Part shown: piece by piece, positions 1 to 8,080 of the stretch
How the letters are laid out: each line of letters starts with the position of its first letter
How positions within the stretch are numbered: the stretch's first letter is position 1
Virus record (IMG/VR): IMGVR_UViG_3300041411_000129
Location: 124,001-188,000 of that record
Direction: 5' to 3' (one strand)
Length of the DNA: 64,000 bases
Translations under genes and position numbers: made by a program
The notes under the pieces: model-generated
What the model saw: the letters and a program-made list of their open reading frames with translations, nothing else
What the model was told of the DNA's origin: nothing
Database searches by the model: none

Positions 1-1
1 T

Positions 2-262
2 CCGGGCATCCGCGTTACCACCACCGCTCCGCTGCTGGGCTTCGAGCCCGACTTCCTCGAGGCGCTGTCGCGCTCCCTGGACGCAGCTGACATGTCGAGC
101 TACATGACTGCCGAAGGTGGTCTGAACACTCGTCGTCACGTTGGTGGTAGCAACTGGTCGCAGCTGGCAACTTCCGACATCGGCATCAGCCGTCGTCGTG
201 GTTCCGACCGCACCACCGCTGATCGTGGCCGTGGTGGTCTGTTCGACACCATCGACTACTAA
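2..262 (+). CDS. chmA: Chimallin (major nuclear shell protein), C-terminal fragment, truncated by the window edge
   Basis: Frame 2 is open from the edge to TAA 260-262 and reads PGIRVTTTAPLLGFEPDFLEALSRSLDAADM...RGRGGLFDTIDY. The F-x-P-x-F-x-x-A-L helix resembles the chimallin C-terminal region. It lies directly upstream of the nvRNAP beta'-N gene, as gp54-gp55 do in phiKZ. Confidence 0.75.
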   Translation, partial: PGIRVTTTAPLLGFEPDFLEALSRSLDAADMSSYMTAEGGLNTRRHVGGSNWSQLATSDIGISRRRGSDRTTADRGRGGLFDTIDY

Positions 263-286
263 GTCGGCAGATGCGGTAAACTGACA

Positions 287-325
287 CAGGAGGAGGGGCA
301 ACCCTCCTCCTGTTTCTTTTTTCTT
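287..325 (+). terminator. Intrinsic terminator
   Basis: CAGGAGGAGGG-GCAA-CCCTCCTCCTG stem followed by TTTCTTTTTT. Confidence 0.85.
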
Positions 326-342
326 TATCTGCGAGAAGCGCC

Positions 343-1833
343 ATGGATTTGATTAATTACGATATCTACGAGCCACGTCAGCGTTATCCGGGGCGTAAGG
401 GTATCTATCCAGTCATTGAAGACTTCGACCTGATGTTCAAGAACTTGAGCATTAAGCCGATGTTGGCAAACGACCTGGATCTCGAAACAGATGAAGGTAA
501 ACAGCGGTTCAACGATCTGGTCTACACCAAGTACGATGGTGACGTGTTCTCCAACGTGCCGGCGTGTCCATGCCGTAAGACTTCTGGTGGTAGCCGTATT
601 CATGACAACTGTATTCACTGCGGTTATGAAGTACTGCCAATTACAGAGCAAACTATCGAACCTATCGTCTGGGTAAGGGCACCTGACGAAGTTCCTGGGT
701 TCATCAACTTGACAATCTACCGGTTGCTCAAGGCCCGATTCACCAAGTCCTCATTCAGCGTCTTCGACTACATCCTTGATCCAAAGTACCGCCCTCCTAA
801 GCTTAACAGCAAAGAAGAGCGTCTTATTGAAGCGATCGTACCTACTCGTGGGTTGGTCTACTTCCATAAGCACTTCGATGAGATCATGTCCAAGTTGTGC
901 GCAATCAGGCACTTCGTAACAGCGGCCAAAGCTGCTAGCACGATGCGTTTCATTGATATCCACAAACACCTGATCTTCTGCCGCTACATGCCGTTCCCAT
1001 CCAAGATTGGTTTCATCGTCGAAGATGTGGGCGACCGTACGTACGTCGATCCAAAGATGGCACCCGCACTGGATGCGCTCATCTGTCTTGGCAAAGTAGC
1101 ATCGGCCAAGCGCATTTCTCTGTACGATCTTGAATCCCGGATCGCACGGTCAAGCAATAAGCTCTGCACCTATTACTCGGGTAACGAGCATCTCAAGATC
1201 TTTGACAAGAAAGGAGTATTGCGAAAACTGGTTTACGGTGTATCGCCGCACTTTACGTTCCGTACGGTAATCACCTCGAACCACAAACCTCACGATCACG
1301 AGTCTCTCGAGATTCCATGGGGTTCAGCAGTTCTGACGTTTAAGCTCCACATCGCGAACAAGCTACGGAAGGAGAAGTATACTCCTAACGAAATCTTGAC
1401 GCTGGTCTACGATAACGTTCTTCGGACGCACCACCGCATTGAGAAGATCTTCGACGAGCTGATCGCCGAATCTCCAGGCGGTCGAGGGATGATGGCAGGC
1501 TTTACGCGGTTCCCATCGCTTAAGCGTGGTTCTACGCAAGGCTTCTACATCGATACGATCAAACGCGATCCTACCCAATTGAGTACATCCATCTCTGTAT
1601 TGACGCTGGTAGCACCCAACGCCGACTTCGATGGTGACTACATGTCTGGACAATTGGCACTGGATAACGTGACAGCAAGGGCTTTCGAGCGCCTGAAACC
1701 AAGTACTGGGTTCATGGACCTCAAGAAGGTCTTCGGAGTGAGTAACCACGCAAACATACCTGCGCCGGTTATCTCTACAATCAACGCACGTATTGAGGAA
1801 GGAAACGACCTATCAGTACCCATGGGAGATTGA
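343..1833 (+). CDS. Non-virion RNA polymerase beta' N-terminal subunit (phiKZ gp55-like)
   Basis: Catalytic NADFDGD motif near the C-terminus and an N-terminal Zn-binding CPC...CIHC; follows chimallin. Confidence 0.93.
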   Translation: MDLINYDIYEPRQRYPGRKGIYPVIEDFDLMFKNLSIKPMLANDLDLETDEGKQRFNDLVYTKYDGDVFSNVPACPCRKTSGGSRIHDNCIHCGYEVLPITEQTIEPIVWVRAPDEVPGFINLTIYRLLKARFTKSSFSVFDYILDPKYRPPKLNSKEERLIEAIVPTRGLVYFHKHFDEIMSKLCAIRHFVTAAKAASTMRFIDIHKHLIFCRYMPFPSKIGFIVEDVGDRTYVDPKMAPALDALICLGKVASAKRISLYDLESRIARSSNKLCTYYSGNEHLKIFDKKGVLRKLVYGVSPHFTFRTVITSNHKPHDHESLEIPWGSAVLTFKLHIANKLRKEKYTPNEILTLVYDNVLRTHHRIEKIFDELIAESPGGRGMMAGFTRFPSLKRGSTQGFYIDTIKRDPTQLSTSISVLTLVAPNADFDGDYMSGQLALDNVTARAFERLKPSTGFMDLKKVFGVSNHANIPAPVISTINARIEEGNDLSVPMGD

Positions 1834-1834
1834 C

Positions 1835-2461
1835 ATGGCTTACATCGTAAGTGCTGATGATGACGTAATCCATGCTGCCACTCACGGTATCATGGACAGG
1901 GATGACTTGAGCTTCCTGCGAGATCGCATGGACAGCGCAATGACATCTGCTGGCGGATATGCATCCAGCTTCTTAAAGGCGGCTAGCGACAGGCTGGCTA
2001 ACTTCGATCTCGGTCGTCTGCGGGATCGCGTGAGTGGCCTGCGTGACAGGTTTGGTAAACGGTGGGACGAGGATCGTATCGTTCTTCTGGCAACTCGTGA
2101 AGGGTTGCGTAATGCCAAGCCGAAGATGCGTCGAGCAGCAATGGCCGAACCAAGAACCCGACTTCTCTGGCAACAGGGACGCTTGGAAGGCTATGGCGAG
2201 CTTTACGAAGACGAAGAACCAGGCATGATTGGTCGAGACCATACGCCGTACCGTGAAATCATGAACGGTGCGTACGTTAGTCAAGACATTCCAGATGAAG
2301 ATCACTACGTGACCTACCTTCTGGTACAGGACGAACATGGTGATGAACCATTTACGTTCAATGAGAAAGACATGACCCGTCATGGGACATGGGCAGCTCA
2401 GCGTGGCTTCATCGACGAAGGCAAGCAAGATCCACTCAGCCCGATTGGTAACACACTGTAA
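1835..2461 (+). CDS. Conserved phiKZ-like hypothetical protein
   Basis: ATG 1835 directly follows the upstream stop; 208 aa; ends at a terminator. Confidence 0.8.
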   Translation: MAYIVSADDDVIHAATHGIMDRDDLSFLRDRMDSAMTSAGGYASSFLKAASDRLANFDLGRLRDRVSGLRDRFGKRWDEDRIVLLATREGLRNAKPKMRRAAMAEPRTRLLWQQGRLEGYGELYEDEEPGMIGRDHTPYREIMNGAYVSQDIPDEDHYVTYLLVQDEHGDEPFTFNEKDMTRHGTWAAQRGFIDEGKQDPLSPIGNTL

Positions 2462-2466
2462 AACGT

Positions 2467-2494
2467 AGAGCCCGGTGAAAGCCGGGCTTTATGC
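2467..2494 (+). terminator. Hairpin terminator with TTTATGC tail
   Basis: AGAGCCCGGT-GAAA-GCCGGGCTTT-ATGC. Confidence 0.75.
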
Positions 2495-2522
2495 CCTTTA
2501 TTTTTGTCAGGAGTAACGATAC

Positions 2523-3059
2523 ATGTTTCTAGTTAAAGGGATACTCCCTACGGCGCGTGATAAGAACAGCGCATTCACGGAGATACTTCTCGAAGGTTCA
2601 AACTTCGATACGCGTGAGGATATCCTTCCAGAGCTCGGCATTGCCCTCAGTACAATTGATGCACCGATTACTTGGGAAGATGCCCACGGGTACGTAAGTG
2701 TCTTACGTGGGTACGGTAAAGAACTCATCGTGTACTACGTCACCTTTAAGTTCGATACCCATGAATTCGGTGCAGAAGAGTTTGCGTTACTCGATGGACA
2801 TCGGGTAGCCGAAAGGATTGGAATGATAGTTGCAGGGCAGGTAGAGGACGACGACCGGCCAGCAGCTATTTACTTCATGGAGGGGGTGATTCAAGAACTA
2901 AACTTTAAGCCGCATATTGAAGGGGTATGGCGTGACCGATGCTTCGGTGCAGCTTTCTTCATACCCGGTGCAAGACGTGGAAGACCTTTGAAACAACCAC
3001 CTAATGATCCAGGAGCTGAACATGTCGAAACACGTAGGGGAATACACGACCCGCTGTGA
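2523..3059 (+). CDS. Hypothetical protein
   Basis: 178 aa ORF with AGGAG RBS. Confidence 0.75.
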   Translation: MFLVKGILPTARDKNSAFTEILLEGSNFDTREDILPELGIALSTIDAPITWEDAHGYVSVLRGYGKELIVYYVTFKFDTHEFGAEEFALLDGHRVAERIGMIVAGQVEDDDRPAAIYFMEGVIQELNFKPHIEGVWRDRCFGAAFFIPGARRGRPLKQPPNDPGAEHVETRRGIHDPL

Positions 3060-3240
3060 AATCGCTTTAGCTATCCTTAGCATGGAAGAGGATAACGCTC
3101 TAACCCATGAGCAAGGGGATGTCCTCGTTGTAGCTACAATGGAAGCCCCAGATGACGCCGTGCTGAATATCTCGTTAGCCGATACAGGTTACCTAGTCAC
3201 ATTCAAGTCCGGTAAGACAACAATAACCGTAGAGCCGTAA
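3022..3240 (+). CDS. Small hypothetical protein
   Basis: ATG 3022 with AGGAG RBS; ends at a terminator. Confidence 0.7.
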   Translation: MSKHVGEYTTRCEIALAILSMEEDNALTHEQGDVLVVATMEAPDDAVLNISLADTGYLVTFKSGKTTITVEP

Positions 3241-3251
3241 GCAGCATAAAC

Positions 3252-3292
3252 ACGGGGAGCTTCGGCTCCCTGCTGTCCTACTTCTTTTTTTT
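3252..3292 (+). terminator. Intrinsic terminator
   Basis: GGGAGC-TTCG-GCTCCC hairpin, then a T tract. Confidence 0.75.
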
Positions 3293-3331
3293 GTCCAAAT
3301 AGGATGTCCGATTCTATTAGGCAGATCCGCT

Positions 3332-3757
3332 ATGGCCATTAAAGTAGCAACTCTAGGTAAGGCTGGTTGTGTCGAAGATATTGATCTCAAGATCGATTAC
3401 ATGATGTGCTGTTACTTCTTTTCGAAATACAGCCAGACAACCTACTTCAAAGACAACGTACACTCGCTTACAAAGGTCATACAGCAATACGGCAACGATC
3501 CCTTCGCCATTGCCGAGAAGTTGAAGTCAGACCTCTACAGTTTCCTCTCAGAAGGTTTCAGCAGCGTTACTCTGGAAGTTACTTTGGACACCACAACGGT
3601 GGGTCCAGGTATTTCTTTACTAATCGAGGGAATAGTAAGCGACGGAGACAGCATCGATGTAGAATCACGAAGCATCGGATACGCTCTCACCGCCAAAGAT
3701 TCCATGTTGAAAACAATCCTCAACACCAACAGTGGTACAACACTGTACTCCTCCTAA
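3332..3757 (+). CDS. Conserved phiKZ-like protein; possibly baseplate-wedge (T4 gp25-like) fold
   Basis: 141 aa; the K-x-D-Y...SKYSQT...V-x-SL pattern is typical of this conserved jumbo-phage family; the fold assignment is inference only. Confidence 0.6.
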   Translation: MAIKVATLGKAGCVEDIDLKIDYMMCCYFFSKYSQTTYFKDNVHSLTKVIQQYGNDPFAIAEKLKSDLYSFLSEGFSSVTLEVTLDTTTVGPGISLLIEGIVSDGDSIDVESRSIGYALTAKDSMLKTILNTNSGTTLYSS

Positions 3758-3766
3758 GGAAGACCC

Positions 3767-4303
3767 ATGTCGTCTGAAATCTCGAAACAAAACGAAGCCA
3801 CCGAAGCCGCAGCTCCTGAAGCAGCTCCACAACCAGTCTTCATGCCAGAAACCCCTGAGCAACTGAAAGCGTTCGTCGCGGCCAGCGTTACCGACCTGCT
3901 GAACATCCCGGAAAACGCTACCCACTTCGCTCGCGTTGTTCTGTCCGGCGCTCTGAGCGCTCTGAACAACCAGGCTCAACTGGCATCCCAACTGGCACTG
4001 CGTCCGGTCCTGACCCGCACTCCGTACGCTGGTTGCCTGCGTGCCGTCATCAGCGCCAACACCGAAGCTGGCGACGAGCCTCTGACCGTCGACATCACCA
4101 CCCGCGCTGCTGGCAGCGAAGAGTGGATCGACTCCGGCATGCCGAACGAAGCTCTGCAAAAGATCGCCAAGCTGGTTCTGTCGCAATCCACCGTGCCGGG
4201 CGATGTCTGGTACATCACCAGCAACCGCGCTGTTGACGCGCAACTGGACGCCGCTGCTGAAGCCCTGCTGAACCAGGCTCAGAACGACGCCGCTCCGGTT
4301 TAA
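3767..4303 (+). CDS. Hypothetical protein
   Basis: AGGA RBS and codon usage like highly expressed genes; 178 aa. Confidence 0.8.
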   Translation: MSSEISKQNEATEAAAPEAAPQPVFMPETPEQLKAFVAASVTDLLNIPENATHFARVVLSGALSALNNQAQLASQLALRPVLTRTPYAGCLRAVISANTEAGDEPLTVDITTRAAGSEEWIDSGMPNEALQKIAKLVLSQSTVPGDVWYITSNRAVDAQLDAAAEALLNQAQNDAAPV

Positions 4304-4313
4304 TTGCCGGCCT

Positions 4314-4338
4314 GACAGGGAGCTTCGGCTCCCTTGTC
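4314..4338 (+). terminator. Hairpin (likely terminator)
   Basis: GACAGGGAGC-TTCG-GCTCCCTTGTC. Confidence 0.6.
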
Positions 4339-4352
4339 TCTAGGAGTTTTTT

Positions 4353-5051
4353 ATGTCCCGTACTGGTCCTCGTGAAAGAAAGCCTGTAATCCGCAACAAG
4401 CCCCGTGAGGATCTTGAGGATAAAGGCTCTGAAGCTTACCGGGCTTATGTTCAGGAAGGTCTTGAGCGAATGGCTAAAGCAGCCACAGAGATCAATGACT
4501 CTACGGCTGAGCGTAAGCGTAAGGTCCCTGAGCAATACTTCGTCAACATCCTTCTGCCGGTTCTGCGTAAGTGGATTCGTCGGGAAGAAGTTGAAATCGG
4601 CCACTACCTGAACGTAGCCGATGGTCTCAACAATGAGATTGAAGTTGTCGATCAGGAAGGCGTGAAACTGTACGATGTGCCCCCATTGTTTGTAGACGTA
4701 CCCACTCGAGTGGCGCGTCATGAACCTGGTGTCAACATCCCAACTATCCACAAGTTGGTTCAGATTCAGGGGATGCACGTTGATAACAACGACATGCGTC
4801 AAGTCTTCACGATCGAGAACGATCTGGTAGACATCTTGGCTCCGCGTGCAGAAGACGCATCCAAGACCCGGTGTCTGGTGATGTTGTGCCACATCTACGA
4901 TCGCTACGAGCTACCTCTTGAGGAACTCGTGGGTGAGAAACTCGCTCCCGTTATTGCAGCGGCCTTGAGGGCTGCTAAAAAGCCCGGTACTAACGCCATT
5001 GCAGAGAGCGGTAATAATGCAAGATCCGACGACGACTTTATCATCGACTAA
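4353..5051 (+). CDS. Conserved phiKZ-like hypothetical protein
   Basis: 232 aa with AGGAG RBS; upstream of SbcD in the conserved block. Confidence 0.8.
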   Translation: MSRTGPRERKPVIRNKPREDLEDKGSEAYRAYVQEGLERMAKAATEINDSTAERKRKVPEQYFVNILLPVLRKWIRREEVEIGHYLNVADGLNNEIEVVDQEGVKLYDVPPLFVDVPTRVARHEPGVNIPTIHKLVQIQGMHVDNNDMRQVFTIENDLVDILAPRAEDASKTRCLVMLCHIYDRYELPLEELVGEKLAPVIAAALRAAKKPGTNAIAESGNNARSDDDFIID

Positions 5052-6204
5052 AGGCACCGTCATCAAGGTGGGGCTTAGCCGCCTCACCTACGCTGTCAGA
5101 CAAGCGGGTGACCTACTGATCGCTGTTATCAGCGATGTACACCTCGGACATAACCGGGTTAAGTCTGGAAAGATTGTAGATGTACTGGAGAAGACCTTCC
5201 ATGAAGAGCGGATGAAAGCTCTGGATGTGATCATTATCTCCGGTGATCTGTTTGACAAACGTCTCGCTTATGACAGCGATGACGCGTTCGTGATTACACG
5301 GTGGATGGAACGTTTCCTGAAACTGGCTGCAAAGCACAATGTAGCTATCCGAATCCTTGAAGGTACGCCTAGCCACGATAACAGACAGTCCCGCTGGATG
5401 ATTCAGTACAACGAAATGATCGAGGCTAATGCCGACATCAAGTACTACGAGAACATCGTCATCGATGAACTCATCCCCGGTGGTCCGACTGTCCTGTATA
5501 TTCAGGATGAAGTGAACCACGACGCTAACAAGACCTGGAAGATGGTTCAGGACTTGATGCGGGAGCAAGGCATAGACAAGGTAGACTTTGCCGTTATGCA
5601 CGGCATGTTCACCTATCAGGAGCCTGTACGTAGTATCTCGAGTCACCTTGAGGAACGGTACGAATCAATCGTAGTTCATTTGATCATCATTGGTCACAAT
5701 CACCACCACACGACCAGCGGTAAGATTCGTGTGCCGTCCTCTACTGAAAGACTTAGGTTTAATGAAGAGGATGACAAAGGACATCTACAGTTCTGCTTCT
5801 CCCCAACGGAAGGCGTCTACGATGAGTTCTTTGTGGTCAATGAAGAAGCAACCATCTTCACGACTATCGAGGTAGTAGGTAAGACACTGAACCAAGTGAT
5901 TGCTACCCTCAAGAAATACAACGGCAGTCCAGACGGTAGTTACTTCCGTTTGAAGCTCAGCCGAAACGATGAGGCTTACACAGCCTTAACCCGAATAACC
6001 GTAGAATTCCCGCAGTTTAACATCTCTACCAAAGTAGTGGATGGCGCTGGTGACCTTGACACCGAAGATACTGGACTGATAGTTGAGACCGTGACCCTGA
6101 CATCAATCAGGCCAGACACGCTCATGCAGCTACTCCTTCCACGTCTAGAGGGTACGCCTGATGACATCATGAAGGAGATCGTGAAGGTGCTGGAGAAAGG
6201 CTAA
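5017..6204 (+). CDS. sbcD: SbcD/Mre11-like metallophosphoesterase nuclease subunit
   Basis: Motifs SDVHLGH, GDLFD, GTPSHD, MHG and GHNH. Confidence 0.9.
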   Translation: MQDPTTTLSSTKGTVIKVGLSRLTYAVRQAGDLLIAVISDVHLGHNRVKSGKIVDVLEKTFHEERMKALDVIIISGDLFDKRLAYDSDDAFVITRWMERFLKLAAKHNVAIRILEGTPSHDNRQSRWMIQYNEMIEANADIKYYENIVIDELIPGGPTVLYIQDEVNHDANKTWKMVQDLMREQGIDKVDFAVMHGMFTYQEPVRSISSHLEERYESIVVHLIIIGHNHHHTTSGKIRVPSSTERLRFNEEDDKGHLQFCFSPTEGVYDEFFVVNEEATIFTTIEVVGKTLNQVIATLKKYNGSPDGSYFRLKLSRNDEAYTALTRITVEFPQFNISTKVVDGAGDLDTEDTGLIVETVTLTSIRPDTLMQLLLPRLEGTPDDIMKEIVKVLEKG

Positions 6205-6217
6205 CAGGAATAGATAC

Positions 6218-7075
6218 ATGACCGTTGAGAATATTTCACGAGAGAAGCTGTCCGAAAGAGCCATGGGTCAGTTTCCAATCTCCATTGCTACAAGTCTGGC
6301 AATCGAGTCTCTGGTCGGTATCCTTCCTGAGGCTCCTACGGACTCGCCTGAGATCTTCAAGCGGGACCTGCTACTGATCAACATCCGCACGTTGATTCGT
6401 AACCTGTTGGGCTCTGTAGATAAGGAGGCACGCGCTTTACTCGAAGAGTACACGATGGCTGAAGCCGTCAGTAACGAGATGCGCGTTATTGAGGAGATCA
6501 TCTCAGAGACGTCAGATGGTCGATGTGAAGTAAAGTTCTATCACTGCACGTATGGCGATGTTCCTCGCAAGTACAAGCAAGCTCTGTTGAAAGCTCCGAC
6601 CACAACAGCGCAACACATGTACTGGGCTCAGAAGAATCTGGTGATCAAGAATCTCCTGACTCAATTTGAGAGCGGTTCTCCTATCGAACAGTACACAACC
6701 GACTTCCCTGACTTCAATTACAAGACAGTGCTTCTGACGCATTATCCGATCGACCTGCTACAAAGGTATCGGTTTACCTCGTTAGCGCTCTTAGAATCGC
6801 ACACAGGGGCTATAAAGACACCTCTTATGTGGAACACGAAGTTACTTGGCGGAAAGGAGAATCCGAACCTGCCTTTTGACAAGATGACCTTGCAGATGTT
6901 TGGTGATGGGATTCTATTCAGCCCGATGCCTATCAAGATCCGCAAGCGTGTTCTGGAGCTAGCCGAGACTTACAAATGGACTCCGGCTACCACTAAGGCT
7001 TTGATCATAGATTCCGCTGCGGCTCGTAAAGACCCGGCACTGGAGATGTTGATCAAGGATCTCTATAGTGCGTAA
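6218..7075 (+). CDS. Conserved phiKZ-like protein (between SbcD and the ChmC-like gene)
   Basis: 285 aa; GQFPISIATSLAIE and INIRTLIRN blocks; conserved position. Confidence 0.8.
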   Translation: MTVENISREKLSERAMGQFPISIATSLAIESLVGILPEAPTDSPEIFKRDLLLINIRTLIRNLLGSVDKEARALLEEYTMAEAVSNEMRVIEEIISETSDGRCEVKFYHCTYGDVPRKYKQALLKAPTTTAQHMYWAQKNLVIKNLLTQFESGSPIEQYTTDFPDFNYKTVLLTHYPIDLLQRYRFTSLALLESHTGAIKTPLMWNTKLLGGKENPNLPFDKMTLQMFGDGILFSPMPIKIRKRVLELAETYKWTPATTKALIIDSAAARKDPALEMLIKDLYSA

Positions 7076-7139
7076 ATAGTTATGAATAGGGACAATGGAA
7101 TGTCCAGAAACCACATTCATCCTCACTCAGGTGATTTAC

Positions 7140-7940
7140 ATGTCGCAACAACCCGAAAAGAAACGCCGCGAACCGGAAGCCATCGACGACGGTAAACTCC
7201 GTCTGTACGGCGCTCCTCAGAAGGAAGGCGCCCGTCAGACAATGATCCGGGTGAAGCTGGATTCGAACAACAACAACCCGATCATCGAGGTCGACTTCGG
7301 TTACAAGACCGAACCGAAAGCTGGCAAGTCTGAAGGCTTCCCGGTCAAGATCGATACGCCGATGGCGCCGATCCCTTTCCGTACCCTGATGAACCTGATC
7401 ATCCGTGTTGCGAACTACAACGGCGAAGTGTCGTTCGAAGTCGACAACTGGGGCTTCCCATTCATGTGGGATGCGGATCAGCGTAAGAGCGTTCGTGCCA
7501 AAGAGAAGATGATCATCTCTCGCTTCCAAGTGGCCAAACGTGAAGACGGTGTTGTAACCTTCGGCATCACTGCCAAAGGCAAGCCAGACATGGTTCACGA
7601 GTTCAAATCTGACGAATACCACATGATCATGCAAAATGGTCAGCCGGTTGACGTGAAGATCTCTAGCCGTGAAGCAGCGATTGCAACTGCTGAAGCCTGG
7701 CTGGAAGTGTACTACGAGCGCTTCACCAACAAGTGGGAAGAGCCTGAGTACCAGAAGAAGCGTCGTCTGGAAAACATGCAGAAAGCCCAAAATGGCGGCG
7801 GTGGTTACCAGCAACGTAACAACAATGGCGGCGGTGGCGGTGGTAACAACTACCAGCAGCGTCCTCCTCAGCAACAGCAACAGCAGCCATCAGCGCCTCT
7901 GGGCGACGGTAACGGCTTCGACGACGATATCCCTTTCTAG
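7140..7940 (+). CDS. chmC: ChmC-like nucleic-acid-binding protein with a G/N/Q-rich tail ending DDDIPF
   Basis: Directly upstream of the sigma-like subunit and PicA, the position of ChmC; folded N-domain plus disordered tail. The name rests on synteny. Confidence 0.6.
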   Translation: MSQQPEKKRREPEAIDDGKLRLYGAPQKEGARQTMIRVKLDSNNNNPIIEVDFGYKTEPKAGKSEGFPVKIDTPMAPIPFRTLMNLIIRVANYNGEVSFEVDNWGFPFMWDADQRKSVRAKEKMIISRFQVAKREDGVVTFGITAKGKPDMVHEFKSDEYHMIMQNGQPVDVKISSREAAIATAEAWLEVYYERFTNKWEEPEYQKKRRLENMQKAQNGGGGYQQRNNNGGGGGGNNYQQRPPQQQQQQPSAPLGDGNGFDDDIPF

Positions 7941-7962
7941 GGTCTGAGAGCATTTAGCGTTT

Positions 7963-8003
7963 GTGATACAGGGTCTAACAGCCTTGTATCACGGGCTTTA
8001 TGC
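7963..8003 (+). terminator. Hairpin followed by TTTATGC
   Basis: GTGATACAGGG...CCTTGTATCAC, then GGGCTTTATGC. Confidence 0.6.
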
Positions 8004-8027
8004 CGCCTTAACGTAAAAATACACAGG

Positions 8028-8037
8028 CATACATTAC
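8028..8037 (+). promoter_or_regulatory. Putative phage early promoter motif (CATACATTAC)
   Basis: Intergenic ACATTAC shared with five other intergenic sites; resembles the phiKZ early TATTAC consensus. Confidence 0.6.
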
Positions 8038-8080
8038 ACTATAGAGCAAGCACCATATAGTGACCAAGCGGAGTGTATTG

